64,000 nt of DNA from Phyllobates terribilis (lineage: Eukaryota). Positions 45,601-57,254 of this stretch are shown piece by piece; the stretch's first letter is position 1; each line of letters starts with the position of its first letter. Location of the stretch: assembly GCF_046119375.1 (NCBI RefSeq), contig NW_027362763.1:452910001-452974000 (forward strand), written 5' to 3'. Below the pieces are notes generated by a model. It saw nothing but the letters and a program-made list of their open reading frames with translations, was not told the origin of the DNA and ran no database searches. A program made the position numbers and the translations under genes.

Positions 45601-45786
45601 CTAAGATACAGAAGAACAAGAGACAGAAAACCAAGAAGCAGAAGTACAAGAAGCTGCAGAACAAAAAGCGGAAGAACATTAAGCATAAGACTAAAAATCA
45701 GAGCAAAAGATATTATCTTAATTATAAGCAGAAGAAGACTAAGCAGTGTATGGGGGAGAGTCCGTTCCTCCTCGTGGTGCCCCTGG

Positions 45787-46815
45787 AAAGACCAAGAGTC
45801 ACCTCTGCTTCTGAGGATAGGTTTATCCGAGTCATCAGCCTCAGAAATCACAGGTTAACAGCAGCTCAGATTAGAGACCAGGTCAATGCCACACAGAGTT
45901 CTAGCAGCAGACACATCTCTTCAACAACTGTTAAGAGGAGACTTTGTGCAGCAGGCCTTCATGGTAAAATAGCTGCTAGGAAACCACTGCTAAGGACAGG
46001 CAACAAGCAGAAGAGACTTGTTTGGGCTAAAGAACACAAGGAATGGACATTAGACCAGTGGAAATCTGTGCTTTGGTCTGATGAGTCCAAATTTGAGATG
46101 TTTGGTTCCCACCACCGTGTCTTTGTGCGACGCAGAAAAGGTGAACGGATGGACTCTACATGCCTGGTTCCCACCGTGAAGCATGGAGAAGGAGGTGTGA
46201 TGGTGTGGGGGTGCTTTGCTGGTGACACTGTTGGGGATTTATTCAAAATTGAAGGCATACTGAACCAGCACGGCTGCCACAGCATCTTGCAGCATGCTAT
46301 TCCATCTGGTTTAGTTGGACCATCATTTATTTTTCAACAGGACAATGACCTCAAACACTCCTCCAGGCTGTGTAAGGGCTATTTGACCAAGAAGGAGAGT
46401 GATGGGGTGCTACGCCAGATGACCTGGCCTCCACAGTCACCAGACCTGAACCCAATCGAGATGGTTTGGGGTGAGCTGGACCGCAGAGTGAAGGCAAAAG
46501 GGCCAACAAGTGCTAAGCATCTCTGGGAACTCCTTCAAGATTGTTGGAAGACCATTTCCGGTGACTACCTCTTGAAGCTCATCAAGAGAATGCCAAGAGT
46601 GTGCAAAGCAGTCATCAAAGCAAAAGGTGGCTACTTTGAAGAACCTAGAATATAAGACATATTTTCAGTTGTTTCACACTTTTTTGTTAAGTATATAATT
46701 CCACATGTGTTAATTCATAGTTTTGATGCCTTCAGTGTGAATGTACAATTTTCATAGTCATGAAAATACAGAAAAATCTTTAAATGAGAAGGCGTGTCCA
46801 AACTTTTGGTCTGTA

Positions 46816-46818
<3 letters not shown>
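45787..46818 (+). mobile_element. 5'-deleted DD38E (Intruder-type) Tc1 transposon with right TIR
   Basis: RPRVTS...WSDESKF...QQDND...NPIEM with 38 residues between the second Asp and the Glu; stop at 46655; right TIR ending CTTTTGGTCTGTACTG followed by TA; left TIR and first HTH missing. Confidence 0.9.
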
Positions 46819-46855
<37 letters not shown>

Positions 46856-46858
<3 letters not shown>

Positions 46859-47333
46859 GGTAGATTGGCTCACTCAGCTTCTCATGAGGTAGTCACAGGA
46901 ACTCTTTCCATTTAAGTTTTCAATTGGTTTATTTAAAATGTACAGCATAAACCAGTGCATAATTAGATAAAACATACAAGGTCCTTCTGGCATAACGGGA
47001 AAAACAAAATAACATACTATACAGTCAAATACAAGGTTCAGCTCTCTTTAACACGAGCACAGCTCTGGAGATCTCATCTCCAGAGACACTGAACACTGAA
47101 TGAGTCCGAAGGCTCCATATTTACCTTCTGGACCATACCCTGAGGTGGAGATATGGTGAACAGCCTCCCACCCATTCTTCAACTGTTCACAAAAACCCAG
47201 CCCTTAACATGGCTGATTGACCTCTCTAAGCACTTAGTGCACTGGAGCATTTTCCAGGTTCATATCACTGAGGCTAACATCCTGAGTGATACATATATCT
47301 CCCCTCCAGTATTTTACCAGTGACCGTCTCACA
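46856..47333. mobile_element. Solo LTR (478 bp) inserted in a (TA)n tract
   Basis: TGTGG...CTCACA ends with ATAT on both sides; AATAAA on the minus strand at about 46927-46932. Confidence 0.6.
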
Positions 47334-48140
47334 ATATATATATTTTTTATTTTTTATAATAGCACCCATAATATATATATATATATATATATATATGTAT
47401 TAATAACTGAATGGGTAAACAGATTCAGCTTTCTGTACAATCGTCACAACTAACATTATTTCAGGATAAAAATTATATGATACATAAAATCTGTTTTTTA
47501 TGTCTTTCTTGACCGATGTAATTATTTTAAAATACAGGTTCTATGGCACATACTTAAATTGTCCTGTTAAACCCACCAGTTCAAAAGATTTGCTTTAAAA
47601 AATCCACAGCCTAAGGCAAGGGAGGCAATGTAGATTCAAGCTGCACCTAGTACAGTAGTTCTAATAGAAGCCATATGATAGTTAGTTCGGCATGCTGTGA
47701 CATAACAAGCTTGGGTTTACAATTTAACCTTTCATTAAGTAATGTTAGATTTAAGGAATGTTATACGTCACATGGGTCCATTTCTAATATAATGAGCAGT
47801 GAATTATTAATTTTAAGGTAGCTTTCTTGTTTTCTTGTGTACAGAAAAAAACATATTGCTGAAGTTTTTATACAATTTTAAATATAAGTGAAATACTATT
47901 TTTATTGAGAAATGATTACTTTGTATAAGCACAATTGCCACACTGCCACACTGTGTCCCAGGCCATTAAATAGCCGTGGAAAATATCACAAAATGTCTAA
48001 ATTGTTCTTTAAATGCATATTATTTTTCTCAGCAAAAAACACATACAGTACTTTATGAAGTTTAAAGCGTCATTCACAATGTAACTTCTAGGCTCATTAA
48101 TTCATCATATTCACTGAAATTTTTTATCTAACAAGATTAA

Positions 48141-48585
48141 AGGGAATCTGTTTCTAAGCTTATTATTCTCAACCTGAAGGTAGCATAAAATAGGGAGACC
48201 CTGATTCCGGCATTCTGTCACCTGTTTTGTGTTTTGCTGTAGTTTTGAGAAAGTTATTGTTTTATCTAAAGCACTGTTAGTACTCTCATTGAAGAGTTCT
48301 CTCTATTACTGCCCATGTCATTGGTTGCATTCTGCCTATACTGTGCTTAGGCAGAAAGCTGCCAATCAGTGGGGGGGGATAGATAGAGCTCATTTATATG
48401 GAAGACTACATAGCAGGAGCTCAGCATTGAGGGAGCCAGCAGAGCTTTAGCAGACAAAACAATGATTTTACCAAAACTACAGCTAGAAGCCCAGTATGTG
48501 ACCCAATATAAGAATAAGCATTTCTGCTCCTCCTTTATGTTGCTTAAGGATAGAATATCATAAATCTAGTGGTGAAAGATTCTCT
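48141..48585. mobile_element. TTAA-target MITE (T2/Kolobok-like)
   Basis: TTAA-AGGGAATCT ... AGATTCTCT-TTAA. Confidence 0.7.
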
Positions 48586-48690
48586 TTAACCCCTAAGGAC
48601 CAGACTACTTTGTTGTTGTTGTATATTTTTATAGGTGTATTCTGAATAAAATAGCATTTTACATTTTTATGTTGATGTAGTCTTAAGGTA

Positions 48691-48851
48691 TAGTGGTGTG
48701 AAAAAGTGTTTGCCCTTTCCTGATTTCTTATATTTTTGCATATTTGTTACGCGTAAATGTTTCAGATCACAAAAAAAATTTAAATATTAGACAAAGATAA
48801 CACAAGTAAACACAAAATACAGTTTTTATTATTATTAAGGGAAAAAGAAAT
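48691..48851 (+). mobile_element. Left-end fragment of a Frog Prince-like Tc1 element
   Basis: TA-(T)AGTGGTGTGAAAAAGTGTTTGCCC...ACACAAGTAAACACAAAAT matches the recalled Frog Prince left IR/DR. Confidence 0.65.
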
Positions 48852-49241
48852 GGGCTTCGGTCACTTTCCCAAAGCCCACCACAGGGAAATCAATGGGAAA
48901 GGGGACTCCGCTCACCAGCGATGACATCTCATGAGAGTTCAGGGCCCGCAGCATCGCACCATTCCTGCCACCTCTGGCCCCTTGAAGCAGTGATCCTGTC
49001 TCCTGTGACCCCGCTCCACCGCAGCCACACACTCTCCCCCCGGTAAACTACCTTTGGATTATGAGATGCACCCTCATTTTCCTCCCAAATTTTGTGGGAA
49101 AAAAATGTGTCTTATAATCTGAAAAATATGGTACATTTTTTAATTTAAGAAGCGCTGGTAAGTTTTTGTTGCTTTATAGTATAATATTTGAGGTAGTGAC
49201 TATCTTCATATTTGGCTGGTAACTCCTCCCATCAGCCTTAA

Positions 49242-49600
49242 AGGGGTATTCCCATCTCCAAGATCCTATCCCAATATGTAGTAGGTGTAATAATAATAAT
49301 AATAATAATATTAGCAAATACTTCCAAGTAGAAATGTAGTATAGTATGTCTCTTTCCTCATGTTCAGGCATTGCAGGACCTTAAGTATCCATGGTTACGT
49401 CCACTGATAAAGTGACAGTTAGCTAGCTGCTAGTGGTTGTAACCATCGATACCTAAGGTCCTGTAATGCCTGCACATGAGATAAGTGGCATAGCAAATCA
49501 AAAATACTATACTACATTTGTAATTGGAGGTATTTGCTAATATTATTATTATTACACCTACTACATATTGGGATAGGATTTTGGAGATGGAAATACTCCT
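49242..49600. mobile_element. T2-family palindromic MITE (359 bp)
   Basis: TTAA TSD; TIRs AGGGGTATTCCCATCTCCAA and TTGGAGATGGAAATACTCCT; nearly the whole element is an inverted repeat. Confidence 0.88.
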
Positions 49601-49629
49601 TTAAGGTTATTGCTAATTAGTGTTAAAAC

Positions 49630-50045
49630 AAGCCAACCACTTAAACTCAGTAAACTAACTTTTCTCTGTTCCCTCCTTCTAAATATTATTCAGAACCTGC
49701 TCCCTACGATTCATCTGTCTCCACACCCTCCATGCACACGATAACTGCACTCGATACTTGATTATTGCACTTAAACATACTGGTTGATGACCGGATCATA
49801 CAGCTTTATATGAAAATCCCTATTTATTATAATTGCCAGACCTGAAATAATAAGCACTTTTCACCTATTGTGTCCACCCATTTCCTTGTAGAATGTAAGC
49901 TTGCGAGCAGGGACCTCACTCCTAATATAACAGTTTAAACTGTTTTACCTCGTATTGAATTTATTCTCTGTATATGTCCCCACTTAATTGTAAAGTGCTG
50001 CGGAATATGTTGGCGCTATATAATAAAAATTATTATTATAAATTA
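49630..50045 (+). mobile_element. L2 LINE 3' end fragment
   Basis: TGTAAGCTT...GCAGGG and GTGCTGCGGAATATGTTGGCGCTATATAATAAA followed by an (ATT)n tail, recalled as a frog L2 3' terminus. Confidence 0.65.
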
Positions 50046-50164
50046 TTATAGTGGTGGATCCTACCTTAAATACATTTTAAAAAATCCTACAAGAAGCAAA
50101 ATGAAAATAAACCCTGCTGTAAATAAATAAAAAGCAAGTGCATTTAAATAAAATAGGGTTCTTA

Positions 50165-50552
50165 GGCTGTGTGCCCACGTAGCATTTTTCAAGCGTATAT
50201 GCTGCGGAATTTCCGCAGCGTAAACGCTTGAAAAACGCATGTATATCCGCACCCCATGGTCCCCAATGGGATTCCGCAAGTTCTATGCACATGCTGCGGA
50301 TTTTTCCGCAGCGTTTATGCCGCGTTCAAAAATCCGCAGCATGTCATTTAATTTTGCGTTTCCGCAAGCGGAATTGCCTTTGTCCAATGCATAAAAAACG
50401 CAAGGCAATTCCGCATGTGGAAAACGCGTGATAAACGCGCGAAAAATGCGCGATAAACGCGTGCGGAATTCCGCATGCGTTTTTCCGGGAGAGGACTTGC
50501 ATTTATGCAGCAGAAATTTTCTGCTTCATAAATGCAACGTGGGCACATAGCC
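50165..50552. mobile_element. MITE (388 bp), same TIR family as 18712-19501
   Basis: TIRs GGCTGTGTGCCCACGT and ACGTGGGCACATAGCC, flanked by TTA and TAA. Confidence 0.8.
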
Positions 50553-51068
50553 TAAGTAACATTGTTTTTGATCAAAAATAGTATGAAAGCTATCCCACCC
50601 GTTCGGGATAGAACCTACTCTGTCTAATATTAAAAACCTTACCATGTGTCAAAGCTGACCTCTGTGTGAATAAGAGCAGACTGAGGCTCCTGTCTCAAAC
50701 TAGGAACACAAGCCAAGGGAAGCTTTTAAATGTGTTGTTCAGCTCTAGGTTTGCACAGAATGCAAAATATACAAAGAAAAAAACACAAAAATTTGAGCTT
50801 GGTTTAAATTGGTATACATGCAGTACATAAATGCATGTTTCACAATGGCCATGAATCAGAAAAACCTACAAGAAGCAAAAGGAAAATAAAATGGTGGGAT
50901 AGTTTTCATACTATTTTTTATCAAAAACAGTGTTACCCTATGTTATTTAAATACACTTGCTTTTTATTTATTTACAGCAGGGTTTATGTTCATTTTTTTT
51001 CTTGTAGGTTTTTCTGATTCATGGCCATTGTGAAATATGCATTTATGTGCTGCATGTATACCATTTTA

Positions 51069-53449
51069 CCAGACAATGTGAACTGAGGTCTAAGATGGCA
51101 GACATACAAGAAACAGAGGCATGTTCACACTAGCAAAAAAGAAGCAAGACAAAAATATATCTCATACCCTACCATAATTATATATAAATGTAAAGCAAAA
51201 TTGCATAATAAATATAGGGTACTTAGTGAACTATTTTTGATCAAAAAAAGTATACAAGCCGTCCCACCAGCGGCAAGGTGACCCTAAATTGGGACGGTAC
51301 CTATACTGCCTATATTAAAAACCTTACTGTATATCAAAGTTGAAGTATTGCATATAAAAGGGTAGACAAATAGGACCGGGTCCCAACTCCAGACCACCTA
51401 GGCCCGTGGTAAGCTACATATATACCAATCAGCTCAACAAAGGGCATGCCACACCCTTAAATTGCACAGAATGCAAACAAGTCAAAAAACCAGACAATGT
51501 GAACTGAGGTCTAAGATGGCAGACATACAAGAAACAGAGGCATGTTCACACTAGCAATAAAGAAGCAAGACAAAAATATATCTCATACCCTACCATAATT
51601 ATATATAAATGTAAAGCAAAATTGCATAATAAATATAGGGTACTTAGTGAACTATTTTTGATCAAAAAAAGTATACAAGCCGTCCCACCAGCGGCAAGGT
51701 GACCCTAAATTGGGACGGTACCTATACTGCCTATATTAAAAACCTTACTGTATATCAAAGTTGAAGTATTGCATATAAAAGGGTAGACAAATAGGACCGG
51801 GTCCCAACTCCAGACCACCTAGGCCCGTGGTAAGCTACATATATACCAATCAGCTCAACAAAGGGCATGCCACACCCTTAAATTGCACAGAATGCAAACA
51901 AGTCAAAAAACCAGACAATGTGAACTGAGGTCTAAGATGGCAGACATACAAGAAACAGAGGCATGTTCACACTAGCAAAAAAGAAGCAAGACAAAAATAT
52001 ATCTCATACCCTACCATAATTATATATAAATGTAAAGCAAAATTGCATAATAAATATAGGGTACTTAGTGAACTATTTTTGATCAAAAAAAGTATACAAG
52101 CCGTCCCACCAGCGGCAAGGTGACCCTAAATTGGGACGGTACCTATACTGCCTATATTAAAAACCTTACTGTATATCAAAGTTGAAGTATTGCATATAAA
52201 AGGGTAGACAAATAGGACCGGGTCCCAACTCCAGACCACCTAGGCCCGTGGTAAGCTACATATATACCAATCAGCTCAACAAAGGGCATGCCACACCCTT
52301 AAATTGCACAGAATGCAAACAAGTCAAAAAACCAGACAATGTGAACTGAGGTCTAAGATGGCAGACATACAAGAAACAGAGGCATGTTCACACTAGCAAA
52401 AAAGAAGCAAGACAAAAATATATCTCATACCCTACCATAATTATATATAAATGTAAAGCAAAATTGCATAATAAATATAGGGTACTTAGTGAACTATTTT
52501 TGATCAAAAAAAGTATACAAGCCGTCCCACCAGCGGCAAGGTGACCCTAAATTGGGACGGTACCTATACTGCCTATATTAAAAACCTTACTGTATATCAA
52601 AGTTGAAGTATTGCATATAAAAGGGTAGACAAATAGGACCGGGTCCCAACTCCAGACCACCTAGGCCCGTGGTAAGCTACATATATACCAATCAGCTCAA
52701 CAAAGGGCATGCCACACCCTTAAATTGCACAGAATGCAAACAAGTCAAAAAACCAGACAATGTGAACTGAGGTCTAAGATGGCAGACATACAAGAAACAG
52801 AGGCATGTTCACACTAGCAAAAAAGAAGCAAGACAAAAATATATCTCATACCCTACCATAATTATATATAAATGTAAAGCAAAATTGCATAATAAATATA
52901 GGGTACTTAGTGAACTATTTTTGATCAAAAAAAGTATACAAGCCGTCCCACCAGCGGCAAGGTGACCCTAAATTGGGACGGTACCTATACTGCCTATATT
53001 AAAAACCTTACTGTATATCAAAGTTGAAGTATTGCATATAAAAGGGTAGACAAATAGGACCGGGTCCCAACTCCAGACCACCTAGGCCCGTGGTAAGCTA
53101 CATATATACCAATCAGCTCAACAAAGGGCATGCCACACCCTTAAATTGCACAGAATGCAAACAAGTCAAAAAACCAGACAATGTGAACTGAGGTCTAAGA
53201 TGGCAGACATACAAGAAACAGAGGCATGTTCACACTAGCAAAAAAGAAGCAAGACAAAAATATATCTCATACCCTACCATAATTATATATAAATGTAAAG
53301 CAAAATTGCATAATAAATATAGGGTACTTAGTGAACTATTTTTGATCAAAAAAAGTATACAAGCCGTCCCACCAGCGGCAAGGTGACCCTAAATTGGGAC
53401 GGTACCTATACTGCCTATATTAAAAACCTTACTGTATATCAAAGTTGAA
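51069..53449. repeat. 421-bp near-identical tandem array, 5 full copies plus one partial
   Basis: CCAGACAATG anchors at 51069, 51490, 51911, 52332, 52753 and 53174; one substitution noticed (copy 2, CTAGCAATAAAG); flanked by GTATACCATTTTA on both sides. Confidence 0.97.
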
Positions 53450-53667
53450 GTATACCATTTTAAAGCAAGCTCAAATTTTGTTTTTTTCTTAAATATATTT
53501 TGTAAACTTTTAGCCTGGGAAAGGCATATTTGATAAATATTAATTTTAGGGTCCTACCAGAGGGAGATTGCTTCGCCATGATTGGTGAGCATAGATAAAT
53601 TGGTCAATTTGTGCGCTAATAACCTTGATTATATAAGTATATTTCATATAGTGGCAATGCAGTTTAA

Positions 53668-54462
53668 CCCCTTAATGACTGCCAATACGCATAAAAATGA
53701 TGGCAGTTAAGGTGCCTTATTCCCTCATCAGGAATAAGAGTATAGCGCTGCCCCACAACTGAAATTCCCATGGGTGACAGCTGTACATGACAGCTGACAC
53801 CCTGGAGTACTGGCCTCAGCCAGTTTTGAAGCAGATCCAGGCCGATTAACCACCTAAATATCCCCGTGAATAGTGACATCGATATTTAAATGGTGGGTTA
53901 AAAGGCCTGCCAAGCCAGGATCGACCCCTGGCAATTGTAATCGCAGGTGCCAATCATTGCCATGGTACCCTAAGGTCATCTGATGACCCCAGGGTATGGT
54001 GGCCTGTGAGATCCAGCTATCAGCAGGGTCTCACAGGGTGTGTCAGTGACACACGAGTACTGCAATCCATGAGACAAATGATCACAGTAAAAATTATACA
54101 TGTCCCACAGTGGGACTTAGTGAAAAAAAGAGAAAAAGTCAAATAAAATGTTTAAAAAAGTAAAAAAAAACATACAGAAAAGCACACCAAAATCACCAAA
54201 AGCTGTTTTGACACTAAAAATACAGTGTTTATGATAAAACAAAGATAAGCAAAAAAAATGTACTGTACACATAATTAGTATCACCGCGTCTTGAACGAAC
54301 TGATCTATAAAACCGGCACTTTATTTATTCCATACGGCGAATATCGTAAAAATAAATAATAAAAACACACCAAAAATGATTCTTTACATCATCCTGACAC
54401 AAAAAATTGAATAAAAAGCAATCAAAAAGTCATTTGTCAAAAAAAATGGTAGAAATAAAATC
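53668..54462. mobile_element. piggyBac-like non-autonomous element fragment
   Basis: TTAA-CCCCTTAATGAC start; the other end was not found and the element is interrupted by hAT-D. Confidence 0.5.
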
Positions 54463-55479
54463 TAGTGATGAGCAAGCATGCTCGCAACTGCTCGATACTC
54501 GACCGAACGTCGAGGTGCTCAGGTACGCTCATTACTCGATTGGGTATCGTAGGTGCTCAAGAACCATGCTCGAGTCCCCACCCTACATGTTTTGCGCCTA
54601 TTAGACAGTCAATAAACATTCAGGGATTGCCCGCCGTACAAGGTAACAGTATATAAGACTTGGTGATGCGACGCTCCGTACACTCTCCTCTGGAACTAAT
54701 TCATGGAGAGTTGTTATAGGAGGGAGAGCTTATTTTAGAGCAGGCATATAAGCAGGGTTTATTATTGCTTTTGCAGTACTTGTATACAGCTGCTGCACCA
54801 TTTAAATAAAAGTCCTTTTCAGGGCTACATACTGTCCTTTCTCTAGTAAAACCACTGTACCTGCATTTAGTGTAGGGATAGCTGGTGGAGGAGGGATAGT
54901 TTTGGATTAGAGGCATATAGGCAGGGTTTAATATTGCTATTGCAGTACTTGTATAATGCTTCTGCACCATTAAAGGAAAAGTCCTTTTCAGGGCTACATA
55001 TTTTCTTTTCCCTAGTAATACCAGAAAGTTTACAGGCATATATTATATACATAATTTAAAATGTGCAAGGCGTGAAGTAAGGGACAGGGAAGTAGACATG
55101 CTGATGGTGAATCACGTAGAGGTCAAGGCTGTGAGCCAGGTGAAACTGTGCCTGCTGTGGGAGCACTACAAACACGCTCATCCACGAGACCTAACTTCCT
55201 GTCCCACTTTGCATGGGGGTGCGGGACACCACTCTTGAAGCCAGAACAGTGTGAACAGGTGGTCCCAGGAGACAAGTGGTCCCACACTCCAACTCTCCAA
55301 GGAGCTGTTTACATTTCCATTTATTGATTCTGGCCTCTTTTGCTATGCATGTTTCAAGAGGGACATGAGGAGCTAGTGGGTAGTGATGCCTTAATATTTG
55401 AGCAGCCACGGTCAGATAAATACGATGGTGGAGAACAGCAATTAGTGTCTCAAAAGGTAGATGATGATGAGACACAGCT

Positions 55480-56700
55480 GACAAACAAGTTATGTTGTTA
55501 AGTCAACAAGTCAGGAAGACACAAGTGCAGATGTGGAAAATGAGGTGGTGGACGATACAGTCACTGACCCAACCAGGGAAGATGTCTTGGAGAGCAAGGA
55601 CAGCAGCGCAGAGAGGGAGGGTTCCACAGGACCATAGCAGGCAGGAAGAGGCAGTGTGGTGGCCAGAGAGAGAAGATGGGCACTTTTTCCCCAGAGCAGC
55701 AAGTTCCCAGACCAAAGGTTAGGGGTTCCCCAGTCTGGCACTTTTTTAAAGAAACTGCGAACGATAAAATAATGGTCATTTGCAACCTGTACGGTACCAA
55801 GATCAGTAGGGGCTTGACTACTTTCAAACTGACCACTACCAGCATGCTTAGGTACATGTCATCAAAGCACCCGACTAGATGGGAAGGACACCTGAGTCCA
55901 CAATCAGTGTCTGTGGGTGACACCACTACCACTTTCCTTGTGCTATGTGCTTGCCAAACCCCTGTCCAGGACACAGGCATGGATGCCTCCCGCCCTGCAC
56001 CTGTCATTGCACATTAGCAACCACCAAGAGCAACCATGACCAATTCTTTGCAATAGTACAGCGTTCAGCTGTCCCTACCCCAGGCCTAGGAACGCAAATG
56101 GAAATACCCAGCCACCTACCCACAGGCATGAACACTAAATGGGCACATTTCCAAACTGCTTGCTCTGGAAATGTTGACATTTAGGCTTGCTGATGCTGAG
56201 GCTTTCCGCAACCTCATGGCAGCAGCCATCCCTCGGTACTTGATCCCCAGCCGCCACTAATTTTCCCTGTGTGTTGTCCCCACCTTACACCAGCATGAGT
56301 CCCATAATATCACCCTAACATCGCCTTGGCCAATGCAGTTAATGGGGAAGTCCACTTAACCACCAACAGTGGACCAGTGCTTGTGGCCAGGGACGCTACA
56401 TTTCCCTTACAGCACACTGGGTGACCCTTGTGGAAACCGGAACTGAGTCACACACTAGGACAGCAAACGTGATTCTGTTGCCGAGCATTGCGGACCCACG
56501 TTCTATCAGGGTTTTCTCCACCTCCTACACCAGTTCCTGCACCCCCTCCTCTTCCTTATCCTATATCTCCAAATTGTCATCTCAGAGCACGGTGTCCATA
56601 TCAGTCGCAAGCTGGAAGCACTGCAGCACTGCCTCAGTGAAGCGGCAACATGCTCTGCTGAAACAAATTTATTTAAGTAACAAATAGCACACCGATGTTT
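55480..56700 (+). pseudogene. hAT-D transposase remnant
   Basis: BED-like SPVWHFF...VICNLY...MSSKH, VHLTT, CGQGRYISLTAHWV and KRQHALLK motifs spread across frames. Confidence 0.85.
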
Positions 56701-57254
56701 GTTGAAAGGTATAACAGACCAGACAGACAGGGCCGCCATCATTACTTTACTGTGCTAACTGGTGTATAGAGCCCGGTATGCAGAAGCAAAGAGGGAGGCC
56801 AAAACCCAGTCTGGGCCCTCCTCTTTTGCTTCTGCTCACCGGGCCCCAGGGTATAATAAAGTATTGTGCGCCAGCGCATCGCCATTGGCAGGGCACATCT
56901 CGATGCAGGGAGCTTTCCTGGAGCTCCACGGCTGTCAAAACTGAATGGCCATGTAGCTCCAGGTGAGCTGCCTCCGCCTTTTCTGTGACGTGCTGTGGTG
57001 CTAGTGACATCACGTATGCATCAGCATGTATGCGCCCCACTCTCCATGATACCAGAAGTGGAGCTGTGCCTGCAGGAGATTGTATGAGAGGTAAGTATAA
57101 AAAGCTTTTTCCTTTTTTTGATGAATTGAAGGTGGGGGTGGGGAGAGCAAATGATGAATTGAAAGTGGGAGGTGGGGAGAGCAAATGAGGAATTGAAGGT
57201 GTGGGTGGAAGAGCAAATGATGAATTGAAGGTGGCGGTGGGAAGAGCAAATAAT

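Larger units (their letters stand above)
23536..45785 (+). mobile_element. hAT DNA transposon B, outer element of the nest; right end lost
   Basis: Left TIR TAGTGTTGAGC with a CCGAT/ATCGG subterminal cluster; split transposase; 5' and 3' tandem arrays; no right TIR followed by GTAATGCA found; sequence switches to Tc1 at about 45787. Confidence 0.75.

Noticed and set aside
45019-45851. Long Ser/Gly-, Val/Phe- and Leu/Arg-rich minus-strand ORFs
   Set aside because: Alternative frames of the 15-bp minisatellite.
37735-53449. Regular arrays (110, 203 and 421 bp) as possible CRISPR arrays
   Set aside because: No unique spacers, no cas genes, and a eukaryotic TE context.
53710-53735. CTGATGAG hammerhead-like core on the minus strand
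   Set aside because: It lies in a simple palindrome of a piggyBac-like element; no correctly placed GAAA or three-stem fold was found.
56728-57110. CAGGGCCGCCATC start of another non-autonomous DNA element, and chimeric ORF 56747-57622
   Set aside because: The other end was not found; the ORF is a read-through from L2 RT into unrelated repeat DNA.
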